Shown here: positions 1 through 11,799 of the stretch, one piece after another
Layout: each line of letters begins with the position of its first letter
Numbering within the stretch: position 1 is the stretch's first letter
Source: Perna viridis
Taxonomy: Eukaryota
Assembly: GCA_037379345.1 (NCBI GenBank)
Contig: CM074512.1
Span: 32,178,001 to 32,242,000 of the forward strand
DNA length: 64,000 bases
Reading direction: 5' to 3'
The notes under the pieces: generated by a model
What the model was told of the DNA's origin: nothing
The model's input: only the letters and a program-made list of their open reading frames with translations
Databases searched by the model: none
Translations under genes and position numbers: made by a program

Positions 1-245
1 ACTTTAACAAATGTAAACACACCTTACATTTAGCCCTGAAAGGCCCTGACAACAAAATTGATGACTTTATGGCTACGATGATGAAAAGTTCAAAATGATC
101 ATAAAAAGTTCTTTGACGTAAATTTTATAATAAAATAATTAAAAAGACTATGATTCTAAAACACATCGAAACTTAATATGTGAAACTGGCAATTTTAAAT
201 TACCCCATTTTGCTGATTCATGAGATAGTACAATTTCTATTTAAG

Positions 246-1636
246 AGAAGACGACTAACAGCATTGTGGAGACTTCAAGTAATAACTAGGTTATGTTTGC
301 GGCTATCATTGGTTCCATGGCTTTCTTCGTTCCGGTTGGACTTGCATCGGTAATAACTGTTCTTCTTAAACGAAGGACTATGACTCCACAAGGTAAATGG
401 TTAAAATACGTAATAACACTTACATCGATATTCCTTATAATTTAATTTTAGTATCAAAGTTTAAGGAATAAATCAGCAAAAAGGGTTGATGACGTCACAT
501 TCACATTACAAAATTTGGTCTATGAGACGAAGGGCATTTATTTATCCAATCAGAAAGTGTTACATCTGAAATTCAATTGTATTACGTTTTGAACTGATCC
601 TCTCATTAATCTTTCTTTTTCTGATCATGTATGTATATACGAATGTGCCTTAATCTCCTGGATTTGTAGCGAATATATCTTATAAATAAGTAAACTATGT
701 ATTATAAAGTAATCTAAAGAAAGATTTGTAATTTGAGATTCTTGCATGTTTGCATGTATCAAGTAGAAAAATTCTTATTTTATTTCAGAAACATACAACC
801 AGTTTCCTGACAGAACGTTTGTATATACTTGACTATTTTTTTATATAGCAACCATTGTTATTTGAAGATTTCATTAGCAAGCCAAATGGAAGAACACTGT
901 CATAAATATAAGAAAGCAAACGTGCATGTCCACCATGCATACTCATCCTGAGAGTCAGAATAATGACTGTGAGCAGAGTAACCAGCCTTTCGGATGGCTA
1001 CTTTTTCGGTCTAAAGACATAGATAAAAAAAAAGCCGCTTTGTTGGGCGGGGTGGGGGGCGGTACCAAACAGTGTATTTTCGATTGGTCAACGATTGCAT
1101 GAGACGTATCATTATAGTCAATTAATCATTCATGAGTTGATTCGAAAATAAACCAATCCATAAGAACTGACACAACAGCGATAAGAAAATCGGAATATGA
1201 CTTTTTAACATACGATATAGCCGATGTTTAGAGAAATATCGACTACGATTAGAATTTGTATGATGTGGTACAATAGTAGTATTCACGAAAATATTCAAGA
1301 TTAGCCATTATATATTATATTTTTCGACAATGACGTAATGACAAAATTTTATTTGCGGTATTGTGAAAATTCGATTAAAGGTTGTTGATGTGTGCTTTAC
1401 AGAAAAAAAATGTACTTACTCTCATCTTATCAAAACTTTTCTTCAACACGTTAGTAAGACCTAATTAGTCACAGTTGTAAGAGAAATTTCGTATCTAGTA
1501 GAAACTTGTATAAGTTACAGTTGTAACAATTGGTATATATTTTATTTCTTTTTTTAGGAATACTGATAATAATTATGACAGTATTCGCATGTCAGCAATG
1601 CCTCCATCCCAACCTGACAATATTCAAGCTTGTTGA
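246..1636 (+). pseudogene. 3' exons of a single-pass membrane protein gene (TM helix + cytoplasmic Tyr motif), possibly decayed
   Basis: 293-392 encodes MFAAIIGSMAFFVPVGLASVITVLLKRR (TM + basic stop-transfer) with donor AAG|GTAAAT. Terminal exon 1558-1636 encodes NTDNNYDSIRMSAMPPSQPDNIQAC* after ttttttag. There is an in-frame TAG at 287-289, and the middle exons (~789, ~878) do not join cleanly. Confidence 0.5.
461..590. repeat. Dispersed repeat fragment, inverted homolog of 38528-38610
   Basis: gatgacgtcaca..cattacaaaatttggtctatgaga..atccaatcagaaa..tgttac aligns to the reverse complement of 38528-38610. Confidence 0.65.
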
Positions 1637-1867
1637 ATAGGAATACATATAGTGTAACTTTGATAATTGCATATTCAATCATACATTCAGTACAAAAAAA
1701 ACATATTTATACGGGTATTATTACGTCAAAAGTATGATTCCCAACAAAAAAGAAAGATGATGAAATCATTTGGTATTACTGAATGTGTATTCAAATTGCT
1801 AGTGTAGCATAGAGGGGAGACTTATTCTTAACTTCTGTTGTCAATCATCGATGTACGTTTAGTAATG

Positions 1868-2377
1868 GCCCCGTGCAGGTCCGGGTGTTAAAAGAATAGG
1901 CCTGCAGCAGCGCTAAGCTTGTCGTAAAAGGCGACTAAATAGTGCTCAGAAACCTAGCCGGGGGCTAGGCGCTCTGCCCACAGAGCAACTGGGATGTGTG
2001 CCCCAGGTGGTGGAATGGGGTACCCCTGGCGTGTTACATGCTGGGGTTGTCAGGCTATAATACGGAAAACCTGACCGCAAACCATAGTGGTGCACCGTGT
2101 TGGGAAAGATGCCACGTTCCTCGCACGTTAAAGAACCCTGCTGTGGTATTCGATAGGAGTAGGAACCTTTGCGCTCCGCCACAGGAGGCTAAATTGCCCG
2201 ACCTTACCCATGCCCCTTTTTCCAGTGGCAATCAAAATTTGTCGACCCTATTATCCTTGTGACCCATCCTTTTTTTTTTCATTTCATGTTCATTTTATCA
2301 TCCATTTCATGTTCATTGTCTGAATATAGCTGAAATATTGCTGCTCGGACGTTAAACCCCAACAAACAAACAAACAA
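1868..2377 (+). mobile_element. Non-autonomous retroposon (SINE-like), 510 bp, structured non-tRNA 5' head, (AAAC)n tail
   Basis: Perfect 13-bp TSD ACGTTTAGTAATG at 1855-1867 and 2378-2390. GC-rich body with GCACGTTAAAGAACCC. Tail CTGAAATATTGCTGCTCGGACGTTAAACCCC followed by AAC(AAAC)n. Confidence 0.9.
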
Positions 2378-2635
2378 ACGTTTAGTAATGAAAAAAATTA
2401 TATTACTCAAAACCTGAATTTTCTTTTAATAAAACCTATTGAATTGAAAAGAGATTGTACATTATCGCTATTTTGTTTAAAATCCCTTTGATTTTGCTAT
2501 ATGATAGTTTCAATCTCACGCCAGTCTAGAGAGAATGAAAATTATCGTATAGCTGCACAACATCGCTTTTCCTCGAAAAATAGTCTCGAAAGGAAACTTT
2601 GCAGCGCTTACACTTCAGCAAAACAACGATAAACA

Positions 2636-2756
2636 GATTATTTAACATTTTTTCATCTCGCGGGAGTTTCTCATGCTCAGCTCTTCTCGCGGTGAAGCCG
2701 CTCGACGAGATAAGGATGAGAAACTCCCGCGAGATGAAAAAATGTAATAAATAATC
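2636..2756. repeat. Fold-back inverted repeat, probably part of a non-autonomous Crypton-like DNA element
   Basis: Perfect 30-bp arms 2645-2674 / 2716-2745; 41-nt spacer containing GCGGT-GAA-GCCGC mini-hairpin. Confidence 0.75.
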
Positions 2757-3718
2757 CAATAGTAGTGTACGTGTAAACGCTTGGAAAATAACCTCAGGAT
2801 ATTAGTACAAGATCAAGGCGTTTTCTACCCTTACCTGTCTCGAACACCTGGGGTTTAAGTAGACATGCGTCTAAAAGGCTTTCAAATGCTCTATAATTTC
2901 AAACCATATGCTTTATTTAAAGTTTACAGTGATACTAATGAAACAAGTTGGTGACTTTCAGATTATCTTTCTCTTTTCACTTAACAAAATGGCACTTTGA
3001 AATTCGCTTTTGAAATTTTTTTGTGAAAGAAATCTTCGAAGCTGGCTAGAATTTGAAAATACTTTCTACATGTATATAAATAATAATGACTGACTTACCA
3101 ACTGAATTGTAAAAACAAAATGAAATAAAGGCTAAGACATGTCTCAAGACAGGAATATATTATGTCCATCTGCATGCTCATCATATGTAGCATAAACAGT
3201 TTATTAGATGCATATGGTCGTTTATTCTACTCACAATTTCCTTTAATTTTTTTGTAGAATGGCACTATTTGTATACGCATTTTTTTGCATATATTCCACT
3301 ACAGGAAAATAACAGAAATATGTTATTTGGACAAGAAACTATTCAAATATTGTATAAGCATTCATATTACATAAATCTTAATAATTCGACAACAGTCGTC
3401 ATCACATGTAACGTAAACAGTTTAGTGTCGGAATAAACAAGATTTTTTATACGTCCATGTACAAGCACCAGTCCTGTTCTTGTCGTTTCTGAACAAATTC
3501 AATGTATACAGTATCTTACTTCCGTAATGTTGCAAGCTCGCACGCAGTAGTATTGTCGGAGACGAGCCGAAAAATGTTGAAAAACTCAAGATCAGTTTAA
3601 ATAAGACTGGGTTGGTAAACACATACGAGCAAGTTTTTTATTGTCATGACCTCTTGCAGTCATCCTAGCGCAATTCCAATCACTTAGTCATAGTAGTAAT
3701 CTAACGGTCGTATAAAAA

Positions 3719-3886
3719 CAGGGACGGATTCAGGATTTTAGATTATGGGGATTTAAACAGGGTCAAGGGACGAGCTAAGCAAGTCGGCAGAACTAGTGAA
3801 AAATCAAGGTTTCATGCAAGTTAATATATTTTTTCCCAACTTTAGTCGGGCGTACGCCGGGTCCCCACACTTCGGTTCCGCGTCTG
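3719..3886. mobile_element. MITE, CAGGGGCGGATCCAG-type TIR family (degenerate)
   Basis: cagggacggattcagg ... ggttccgcgtctg; same family as 42064 and 63460. Confidence 0.6.
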
Positions 3887-5004
3887 AAATATAGGATATA
3901 CCTTTTTAATACACAAGCACGGGAAATTTTGTAGATAAACTGATTTTGTTAACTTTCCATCTTAACCTGTTTAAATGGACTGATTCAACATGCCACTCCA
4001 ACGAAAGAAATCAAGATCACAAACCCATCCACGCTCATTCAAATTACATACAATTAAATTATTTCATTACTTCCATTCTTAAGAAAGTTAATATTTGTAT
4101 TTCTGAACGGTTAAGTGTCGATGAGAGCATTTAATGTACAAAACACTTATATTGTTGAATAGTTTATTCCTATGTAGTATACTACAATACTTCAGAGCGT
4201 GGCAAATATACATGTACATGTATACAAATCCATTTTTAATGAACTATCTAGACTAAGTATTTGTTTCTAGCTATTATAGCCTATCACTTTGACAGATTGT
4301 TCTTTCAATACGATTTTCATATTCTCGTTTCGTTTGTCTGAAAATAAAGCAATCCAAGACAAAACCTGTATTCTTCAAAAACTAAGATTTAAAATATCCC
4401 TATATAGAGCATTCTACGAAAGAGCAACCTGTATATAAAGACCATCTGTATTATGTTGCTATTATCCATTGAAAGGTCTTTATAACATGTTTGATTGAAC
4501 TCATTATAATTTGAGTATCGAACATGTACTCTTATCTGATGTATAGCTATCTAATTTCTTTTTCTAGAGTAGAAAATGTGTGGAAACTGTGGAGTACAGT
4601 AGCCGAGTGTATGTTTTCAGTTTCTGTTTGATAGGCATTTCATTGAATTGCAAAACAACATTTATTTTATCATTATACACGAGTACAATTACATTGATAA
4701 AAATATGTTGAAAACAAAATTTTGCATGCGCCAATCTGCTTGGCTTTCCACTGGACAGCCTCATAATATGTGAAATTTTTTTCCTTGAATCATAATGAAT
4801 ATCGTAAGTATACAAATCAGTACAAGTTGCCAGACTCTTGTCAGAATCGGTACTACATGAATTAAAGTTGCACACCATAGGTATTTTGTCATGGTTTAAA
4901 TCACCTGTTATGCTTACCAAGTATATTCTAAAACGTGTATATCAGAATCGGGATTCCGTCCCATTCAGTAAGGTAGATCCAGATTATATATACAATTGAC
5001 CCAT

Positions 5005-5212
5005 TATATAAAATCTTATAGTTGGACTCTTTGATAGATTAGTTTAATGTGCAAATATACAAGAGCTCCACTCTTGCGTGGTACACGGTGATTGTACATT
5101 TAATATGTACTGATTATACTATCGGAAAGGCATCTGTCATTTGGGAATTAAATTTCAAACACCATGGACAGTTAAAATGTAACCTTGTGGATTTTGAAGT
5201 TTATTTTTACAG
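5005..5212 (+). promoter_or_regulatory. Candidate core promoter and non-coding first exon of the TRIM gene
   Basis: TATATAAAA 5005-5013, Inr-like TTAGTT 5039-5044, strong donor CAG|GTAAGC at 5212/5213. Coding exon 1 has an acceptor 8 nt upstream of the ATG, so an upstream exon is expected. Confidence 0.4.
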
Positions 5213-8200
5213 GTAAGCGAGTAAAATTCTATATTTATCGAGAATAAACGCATTTTAAAAGTAAGCATTGTATGAAATGTTTACAAAGACATTTAACGTT
5301 TAACTTTCATATTTATGTCCTTTGATTAGGTACTATGTCCTTAAATATTGGTCCTCTAAGGCTACTTGAGCACCCTATATCGTACTTAACCTGGAGTATT
5401 GATTGCATTAGAGGTTATGAATATAGTTCAGATTTAAAATGATAATGTTATTATATTGTTTGTCAACGAAAGGATGCTAGCCCAGACATGCACAAAACAT
5501 CTTCCGTTTTACTTTGGGACGATTATTGACATACCTTCACACAGTAAGCTTTTGTATTTCAGTAACTTGTTTGCCATAAAAATGACAGACAAAAGACAAT
5601 ATTATTTATCAATCTACCAGGGGCAGCGTACTGAAACAAATACATACATAAAACAGAAAGTGTCTATTAACTAAAGGTTCTCTGTCGTTTCAGTCGATAG
5701 AACAACAGCTTTCCATCTGCTTGTCTGTCTCGAAGTCATTTTTATCAGGTTACACGAGGTTCCGTCAAGCGCAGCAATCTAGAACGCGGACATAAGAAAA
5801 GGGTTGACATATGCATTCAAACTAAAGTAAAACAACAGTCAAACTTTTTTTTAATCAAAGTTTTATTAAACAAATAAATACTTGAACCGTTGAAAGTTTT
5901 AATGGTAAATCGATGAAGCTTCTCGATAAGTCATCCATTTTATTTGCTAATACAATTAACACGAAACTGACAAAACTTAAAATCGTTGAAGTAAATTAAT
6001 ACCTGAAGTCAAACCTCTATATTTTAATCATTTGCTCGAAACTAGGTCTTTTTCCATGTATGAAATAATGACAACATGTATATAAATTCAATTATGCAAT
6101 AAATTAAAATAGGAAAATTGCAACAAGATGTGCTATTGCATTTTTAACAACATAATCTGAGGCGTAGTTTAAGTACGTTCCCAAAGAGTGGAAAAAAACT
6201 CACAAATTTTTCAATTTTAAATGCCTTTGTGACCGTGTGTCGCTCCTGTATTATTTCCTACGTCTTCTTGTGTCCTACAAACCTCTACCATTCATTAGAG
6301 GTAAACTGCGATTATTCAAATAAAATTTCGGTATTATTCCTCGATCGAAACGCAAAGTGAATGCTGTGTGAAAACTGCGAACATCAGTTCGTATTTGTCA
6401 AGTTGCAGAAAACTCTTAATTGGAGTATATAGTTATGAATGAAGCTTGCATTGTTCACGAAGTACCAAATGAAACTCTCATAAGCCACAAGTCGTTGCTT
6501 ACTGACTATAGGTATAGTTGAAAAATATCAATTTTTAAATTAATTTTAAATTGCCAGATTAAGATTTGATGCTGACATATTGTTTTGTTTTTGTTTTTGT
6601 TTTTGTTTCATTTTTTTTTGTAATCGGCAACGCTATATTTATTCACATGGTATAGTTAAGTTATATGAAAGCAAAATGTGTAACAAATAGTTCAATCCGT
6701 CATAATCGGTCAGGTACTACACAGGTATGCGATATATGCACCTATTGTAAGAATGCCAGACATTAAACTGGAACATATACAAGTTAGGTGCGTTCAAGGA
6801 GTCACCTTTTTCGATTCGAAAATTTTAATTCTCAATGTAAGAGAAACTGTAGAATTATAATAGAAAAACACTACTAGTCTACGAAGGCTCGCATAACCAA
6901 TAAATGATTATTCTTCTGTTCTAATAAATCACTGACTTCAAGTTATGTTAACCCTCATCAATTATATACCATTGTCCCATAGTCCATTCAAGGCCTTTAT
7001 ATTCAATACACAATTCTATAATGACAACAATCGCTATTGTATGAAATAATTAGTGCCGTCTTTGTTCAGCATATTCTTCCTTTTGATTCGTGTTACAAAG
7101 GCACACAAAAAGATAGCAGTCAGATCTATAACACGGGTTATGTCAATACTAATATACAAGGTACTGACAATGCTACACACTATCAGGGGTTCGGTCATTG
7201 GGCTAGGGTATGCCTGGTGACATACAATGTATTTACTTCATAAGGATAGTGGGGATATTCAGACAAGTGGTGCTAGACACTATTGTAGCCAGAGTTAAGG
7301 GCGTAACATGTGACAGAGGTTCAAATATTTGGCTTTCAATATACCCGTTGACAGTTTCTCTCATAAGACTCGGGCATAATGTTAGAATGATTCAACCAAA
7401 GGGGTATGCATATTTCAGCGATAATGATCCTGGCGTAATAGGCGACAAGGGTTCAACAAAAATTCCATAAGAATACCTCATGACATTATTCAGCAATAGA
7501 GCTCGGGGCGTAACATATGTCAGGGGTTGTTGCCGCATTTCAACTACAGGGGTTAAGTCATAACAAATAACAGTGATACATCCATTGGACTCTAGGTTAA
7601 GAGAACTAAAGCTCTGTATCAGTACGGTAGTTCTAAAACAGAGGCGAATACATTGAAGTTCTGTCGAGGATTTTCCGGTTAAAGAGTGGGTGTTAACCCG
7701 TGGTGTTCTATTATATATTCCTAATAATATACTTCGGTATTAACTAACATATGTTTGCTAGTTGGTCTTACACAACTTTTCGTCAACATCGTGTACTGTC
7801 ATGAAAGTCGGTTTTATCAAAATATTTTTCTACTTGTTCTCCCCACCAATATGGGTTTCCTCGAAATATGAGTTTGAATCAATCATAAGTAAAATGTCTA
7901 GGTGATTTAAACAAAACCTATGAAGTGGAAAACCATAAATTCTGGTGACTGTTGGTGCATGCGAACTGTATGATGCTGTACGTGATTGTTGGGAAGAGTT
8001 CGTGTTTCCGTTGGGTTTATTACATAAATTTTATATTAACATGTTGTGGAATAAACTTTAAGCTTCTTAGTCGACTTTCAATTAAGTTTCGTACATCGGA
8101 GATCATTCAAAATAAAAAAAAATATTCCAAACCAACCAGTCACAGACTTTGACATCTTGACCCATGGAATATGTAATATGTACATATATGGGATCAGTGG

Positions 8201-8364
8201 AATCACAATTAACGTCCATTCAATGTGTTAAGGTATTACCAATACCACAACTCGTAAGTAGCTTAGCAAGAGCTCATTGAATGAAAGGATTAAATATGAA
8301 AATAACTACTTACAATTTAATGACATTTAAGAATATTAGGTTTGAACAATACAATCAATTAAAG

Positions 8365-8607
8365 CACAGGCACTTGGGTTCAGGATTTTTTTTATATTTT
8401 AATTTTAACCATCCCCCGAAATTGATTAAAATGAGAAAAAAAAATCCCGGACCCAAGTGCCTGTGGTGTATATATGAATTTCGGGGGGGGGGGGGTCAAT
8501 ATTTCGAAAAATTGCCAAATTTTTGTCAGAACTTGCTGATAAATGATGATTTTTTTTATTGAAAAAAATGAAAATAAAAAAAAAAATCCAGGACCCAAGT
8601 GCCTGTG
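8365..8607. mobile_element. MITE with CACAGGCACTTGGGT terminal inverted repeats and an extra internal right end
   Basis: Left CACAGGCACTTGGGTTCAGGATTTTT at 8365; right ends AAAATCC.GGACCCAAGTGCCTGTG finishing at 8465 and 8607. Confidence 0.8.
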
Positions 8608-9554
8608 AATTAATGTACATGACTATTATACAGGCTTTGGTACAAGAAGGTAATTAATACTGTAAGATGCGCACACAAAAAAAAGTGCAGATTTATATAA
8701 GCATATAGATTGGTCGGTTGGATAATTATTGTTTAATATTCCTTGGCAGGTATTTCATGCATTCCATGTCGAAGCATTTTGATTTGAAAATGTTTTGAAT
8801 GCTCAAAACCCTGATATTTTACAAGCCGCACAACGTATGCCATGTGACGCCCATTAAACTTCGACTATTTTCTTTTCCCTTTTTACTCGTCTCAAGCAAA
8901 TTCGCCTATTTAAATAATTAAAACAATAAATCCAAGAACAAAAGTTCTAAAAACAGATGGAATCGCATTAGAACTATTCCATTACAAGAGTCATGCACAC
9001 ATGCAAAAGTAAATTCTTCCTTTACACGTCATTTCCATGATAAAATTGGTGCCAATTGCTATATATCATGACATGAAACAAATTTATCTATTAGCTAGTT
9101 GACCGACATGAGCCTAAATAACAAAGATACAAGGAACCAATGATGTTTACGAGTTACAACAAAGGTTCAATGAGCGCTTATCCGTTGCTGGGTCTTAAAG
9201 CTCATTAATTTTTCGATCATATGCTTTTCGATCAAATTTATGTAAACTGAGATTGCCGAATTCTAGTTTTGTAAATACAGAATGGAATGACTTGCGTAGT
9301 ATCAAGTTATAATTGCTTTGTATACGTTTTATCAGTTTGTACATATACAGCTGAATGCGTGCCAAATAGTTTTAAATATTTTAAAGACAAGTCATAATCA
9401 ACAATCAATATTGCACGGTATAGATAAATGTTAATATTTGGTGATATTCATTCAATTTTTGATACATACTGAATAATATCACCAAAAGACTATTTCGCTG
9501 TATCTGTGTATAATGTTTTGGGTCCAGCTGCAGCCAACCCTGAGTATTTCATCG

Positions 9555-9652
9555 TCGTTCATTGAAGACCCATGGGTGACCTTGAGCTGACATTTTACAT
9601 CCGTTGGTGTTGTTGTCTCTTTGACATATCTACGAGATCCATTCTATTTATA
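9555..9652 (+). repeat. Solo fragment homologous to the 3' end (37980-38080) of the Penelope-like element
   Basis: cattgaagacccat..ttgagctgacatttt..ttgtctctttgacatat..atccattct matches cattaaagatccat..ttgagttgacatattt..ttgtctttttgatata..atccattct. Confidence 0.55.
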
Positions 9653-10163
9653 TTGTATGCATTATATATGTAAAAGTGAAACATTTGTTAAATTTAGTAA
9701 ATAAAGTTATGTGATAGTTAGCATAAAAATGTGTTTGGGAGCCATAAATGGTTATTAATTTTTAACAAATGTCATTTTAAACGAGTTTTTCGAAATAATC
9801 GGATTTCATTTTCCAGATCCTATCAGTAATGATGGTTGTATCTTCAAAAGCAAAGAGTATGCATCCGCTTATCATACCAGAATATCTGTTGCACACTGCT
9901 CTCTGTATAAGTTCTTAAGGTTCTGTGTTTTTTGTTTGTTTGATTGATTGATTGATTGTTTTCTTCTTTAAGTTTCAAGTATCAACATGAATACAGTGAA
10001 CTCGAAACTTGAGCGGCCGATGCTATAGTTAACAGATTTCATTGCTGGTCGTTCCATCGCGTAAAAAGGTGGGGAATCGAACTCTCATTAAAAAAAAAAT
10101 AACATTCTCGGTTTACTTTTATTTTATTTATCTTACTAATGTATTTCTCTTACAGATTTCGCT

Positions 10164-11799
10164 ATGAATATAAATCAAAACGCATTTCTCCTTTGTCCCA
10201 TCTGTGAGAAGGAGTACGATGACAGACGAGGTGCTCCGAGGGTACTGCCATGCCTCCACACCTGTTGTTCAACATGTCTACAAGATCTCTTGAATGACAA
10301 CGAACTATGCTGCCAAGAGTGTCAAACTAGGTTTGCCAAAACAATTGATGGAATAGAAGCTTTTCCTATGGACACTGCCATTAGAAATTATTATGATTTC
10401 ATCCGGGTTCAACTTCGGCCACAGGAGGTCCCATGTACCGACTGCCCAGATGAAGCAAATGCACAGACATTTTGTAGAGATTGCTTCCTGTTCATGTGCA
10501 TAGAATGTACACGTGCTCATAAAAGAACCCATGTGACGAAAAAGCACATTCTTAATTCTATTGAGGATATGCGTGATTCAGATATCCGAGACTTCCATCG
10601 AAAAGACACATGTCAAACGAAAGGTCACGAGGACCAGATATTTACATTTTACTGTGATAAACGAGGCTGTGATGTCCCAATCTGTACACTTTGTGCTGTT
10701 TCTGGGCACAACCAACAGCAAGGACATATTATCAGAAATCTCAGCGAAGTATACGAGGATAGTAAATCAACCGTCCAAAATGTCCTCAGGGATATCAATA
10801 ACCGCGGAAATCCGATGTCTGATGCTGTATCTCAAATCGAGTCAGTTGTATATGACCTCACAGAGAAGGAGTCTGAAGTTAACAGTGAAATAGATACGAT
10901 TTTTGACAGATTTCATAGATTGTTAGAAGATCGCCGAGATAGGTTGCATAGAGAGGTTGAAAACTACTGCCAGTCGAGGAAACGCGACCTTCAAGAGAAA
11001 GTTACTGAATTGAAAAACTTTTCTACAAATGTTAAGACAGCTGTGGATTTTGCAAACAGAGTAACTTCTTATACTACAGCATCAGAGTTTCTTTTGTTAC
11101 GGGATATATTGCTCAAGAGAATATTGGAGCTTCAAAATCACAGAGTATCTATCCCAGCCAAAGATGACATGTATTTAAGATTCTACAGGGGTGCAAGTGA
11201 CGATTCTTTTGCAGATCTAGTAAATTCCATTGGCAACGTAGTAACCAAGGATGGTTCGAACTCTTCAAGAATGTCTGAAAGTCTCAATTCCAGTTTCCTA
11301 AGTGAAAGTTACAAAAACTCAAAACGAAGTAGCTTTAGTGACTTCCAAATAGATCTTCAGAACGGTTTAAATAACTTAAATGGAACAAACGACAACCAGG
11401 GTCAAAAATTCAACATAATAGGCGACTTTAGGAATTCCAAAACGGATTATCAATCGCCGAAATCGAGTGCACCTCAGCCATTAAAATCGGTCGAGCTAGA
11501 GGGAATTAAACCAAATTTACAAAAATCTTCGTATTTTATACCAAACCAACAACAGTCTGAATACCGTCTACTGGCAGAAAATGAAAGTGGTGTTGTGCAG
11601 CAAGAGAACTCTGTGGAAACTATAACACCCAAACAAAACCAGACATCAGAGCACGAATTCGAGACAGCTAGAAACGAACTTAGAGATGCAGCTAAAAGCA
11701 TGAAAGAATCAAAGTTCATGCCAGTTGTAAATGGTTCCATGGAATCACCATCTCCAATCCAGGATAAGCCGAGCTTTTTCAGCCAACGGTTGTCAAGTC
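10164..11799 (+). CDS. TRIM coding exon 1: RING-HC + B-box1 + B-box2 + coiled coil + Ser/Asn-rich linker
   Basis: RING C3HC4: CPIC..PRVLPCLHTCCSTC..CQEC. B-box1: CTDC..FCRDCFLFMCIECTRAH..TKKH. B-box2: C..H..FYCD..CDVPICTLC..H..H. Heptad-rich helix follows. Acceptor ttacag ends 10155; donor C|GTAAGT at 11799/11800. Confidence 0.96.

Noticed and set aside
1946-2262. ORFs 1946-2182(-) and 1996-2262(+)
   Set aside because: Lie inside the GC-rich non-coding retroposon; no recognisable domain
10305-11740. Antisense and alternate-frame ORFs over TRIM exon 1
   Set aside because: Shadow ORFs of the real coding exon
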